64,000 nt of DNA from Planctomycetota bacterium (GTDB lineage Bacteria > Planctomycetota > B15-G4 > SIAN01), in assembly GCA_031409275.1 (NCBI GenBank), contig JANNXA010000050.1:32001-96000 (forward strand). Direction: 5' to 3'. Numbering within the stretch: position 1 is the first letter of the stretch; each line of letters opens with the position of its first letter. The notes under the pieces were generated by a model, which ran no database searches, had not been told where the DNA came from, and was given only the letters and a program-made list of their open reading frames with translations. The position numbers were made by a program, and so were the translations under genes. Below, in pieces: positions 62,658 to 64,000 of this stretch.

Positions 62658-64000
62658 TTCCCCTCGTCTTTCTTCGGCGCCAGATCGACGCCGTCGTCAC
62701 CCACGTAGCCGAGCCGCTTCAAATCGGCGAGCAGCTTGCCGTCGATCGCTTTCAACTCCTGCTCGAAGCGTGCCTCGAAGAGAGGAATCTGGCGCAGGGC
62801 CGACGCGCGCTTCTGCTTCCACTCGGGATCGTCGTGCGTCGGCACCGACCGGATCGGCCGCGCTTCCAGGAGCGCGGGCGCGAGCACCTGGCGCAGCGGT
62901 CGGCCGGCGCCGTCGTGCGCATAGGGCAGACCCGCGCGCACCAGCAGTGTCGGCAGCACATCTTCGACACGGCCGACGCTCTTCACGTCGGCGCGGGTGG
63001 CGTCCAGCGCAAGCGACTGCTTGCGAAAGCTCGGCCCAAGCGCGAGGAAGACGCCGGGCGGCGCATCCTGATGGTTGCCCGAATCGGCGCGGCCGGTGCG
63101 ATCGTCGGGAAACGGCTCGTTGCGCGCGACCGCATGGAAGCCGTGGTCGGACAGCAGGAGGAAGTCGGCGTCCGGCGCGCGGCGACGCAGCTCGCCGACG
63201 GTGTCATCGACGAAACGGTAGGCCTCGCGGATCATCGAGCCGAAGCGCGCGACGTCCGCTTCGCTCGGGCGATCTTCGAAGACGGTCGGCTCGAAGTAGC
63301 GCCAGAACATGTGAGAGGCGACGTCAGCGCTTCCCAGATAGAGGAGCAGCGCGTCGGCGCGCTCCTTCGCCTCGAGCACGTCGAAGGCCGCGGCGGCGAA
63401 GAGCAGATCCGCGTAGTGGGCCGTGCGCAGCACCGAATAGAGCTGCGAGGGCAGCTTTCGCGCGACCGGCGGTGGCGCTCCGAAGCGCGCGGTGAACGGG
63501 TCGTTCCCCGCCTCGATGGAATCGCCAAGCTGCACGGCGTGCGCGTCCATCGTGTCGGCCCGTTCCGGCGGCCAGACCTGGTTCTGCACGCCTTTCAGGT
63601 AGCTGCCTTTCCAGATCGTGACACCTTCGGAGATGTCAGCCTGCGCACGCGTCGACGTCTGCGCGACCATCCCGCCCTTGATCGGCTCGACCGGATAGGT
63701 GCACCACCAGCCGATCACCTCGGTCGACAGTCCCGCTTCGTCGTAGAGGTTCCACAGCGCCTTGCTCTGGCGATGCATGCTGAGGAAGAGGTGCGGCTGC
63801 TGGTCGGCGCCCTTGTAGGCGAAGCCCTTGATGCCGTGGTCGGCGGGGAGCTTGCCCGTCGCGACTGTCGTCCAGATCACCGGCGACAGCGTGACGTCGA
63901 GCGTGGCGAGTTCACCGGCGAACCCCTCGTGCGCCAGCGCGGCGAGATTGGGCAGCGCGCCCTCGGCCATGAAGCGCAGCAGCAGGTTCCATTCGAGTCC
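62654..64000 (-). CDS. Alkaline phosphatase/phosphodiesterase superfamily protein, 5' truncated by the window edge
   Basis: LPNL, SPVIWTTVATG, D..SH.FW, LSDHGF and LKRLGYV. The frame is open to 64000. Confidence 0.88.
   Translation of the reverse strand, partial: GLEWNLLLRFMAEGALPNLAALAHEGFAGELATLDVTLSPVIWTTVATGKLPADHGIKGFAYKGADQQPHLFLSMHRQSKALWNLYDEAGLSTEVIGWWCTYPVEPIKGGMVAQTSTRAQADISEGVTIWKGSYLKGVQNQVWPPERADTMDAHAVQLGDSIEAGNDPFTARFGAPPPVARKLPSQLYSVLRTAHYADLLFAAAAFDVLEAKERADALLLYLGSADVASHMFWRYFEPTVFEDRPSEADVARFGSMIREAYRFVDDTVGELRRRAPDADFLLLSDHGFHAVARNEPFPDDRTGRADSGNHQDAPPGVFLALGPSFRKQSLALDATRADVKSVGRVEDVLPTLLVRAGLPYAHDGAGRPLRQVLAPALLEARPIRSVPTHDDPEWKQKRASALRQIPLFEARFEQELKAIDGKLLADLKRLGYVGDDGVDLAPKKDEGK

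Overview
GC-rich (roughly 70% by eye) bacterial chromosomal window. Several exported HEAT-repeat and FG-GAP proteins suggest a Planctomycetota-like lineage, but that is inference. About 50 CDS are supported. They include a sigma54 two-component system coupled to a PNPase, a lipA-E1a-E1b-E2-E1a-E3 2-oxoacid dehydrogenase operon, a sigma70-family factor, ygfZ, arfB, pabAB-like genes, a two-domain ThyX, RNase HI, transporters, tandem purE and an M1 aminopeptidase. There is also tRNA-Thr(CGT), two ~163-bp MITE-like palindromes and a candidate structured RNA. The main result is two genes that the ORF track breaks at an in-frame TGA, each followed by a similarly placed SECIS-like hairpin. One is a membrane-anchored UxxC redoxin directly after lpdA (15823-16617, strong case). 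The other is an exported HEAT-repeat protein whose RBS, ATG and signal peptide lie upstream of the TGA (59414-61510), a candidate unusual, non-thioredoxin selenoprotein. No selA/B/C/D is visible in the window. Most other long ORFs in the track are antisense or off-frame shadows.
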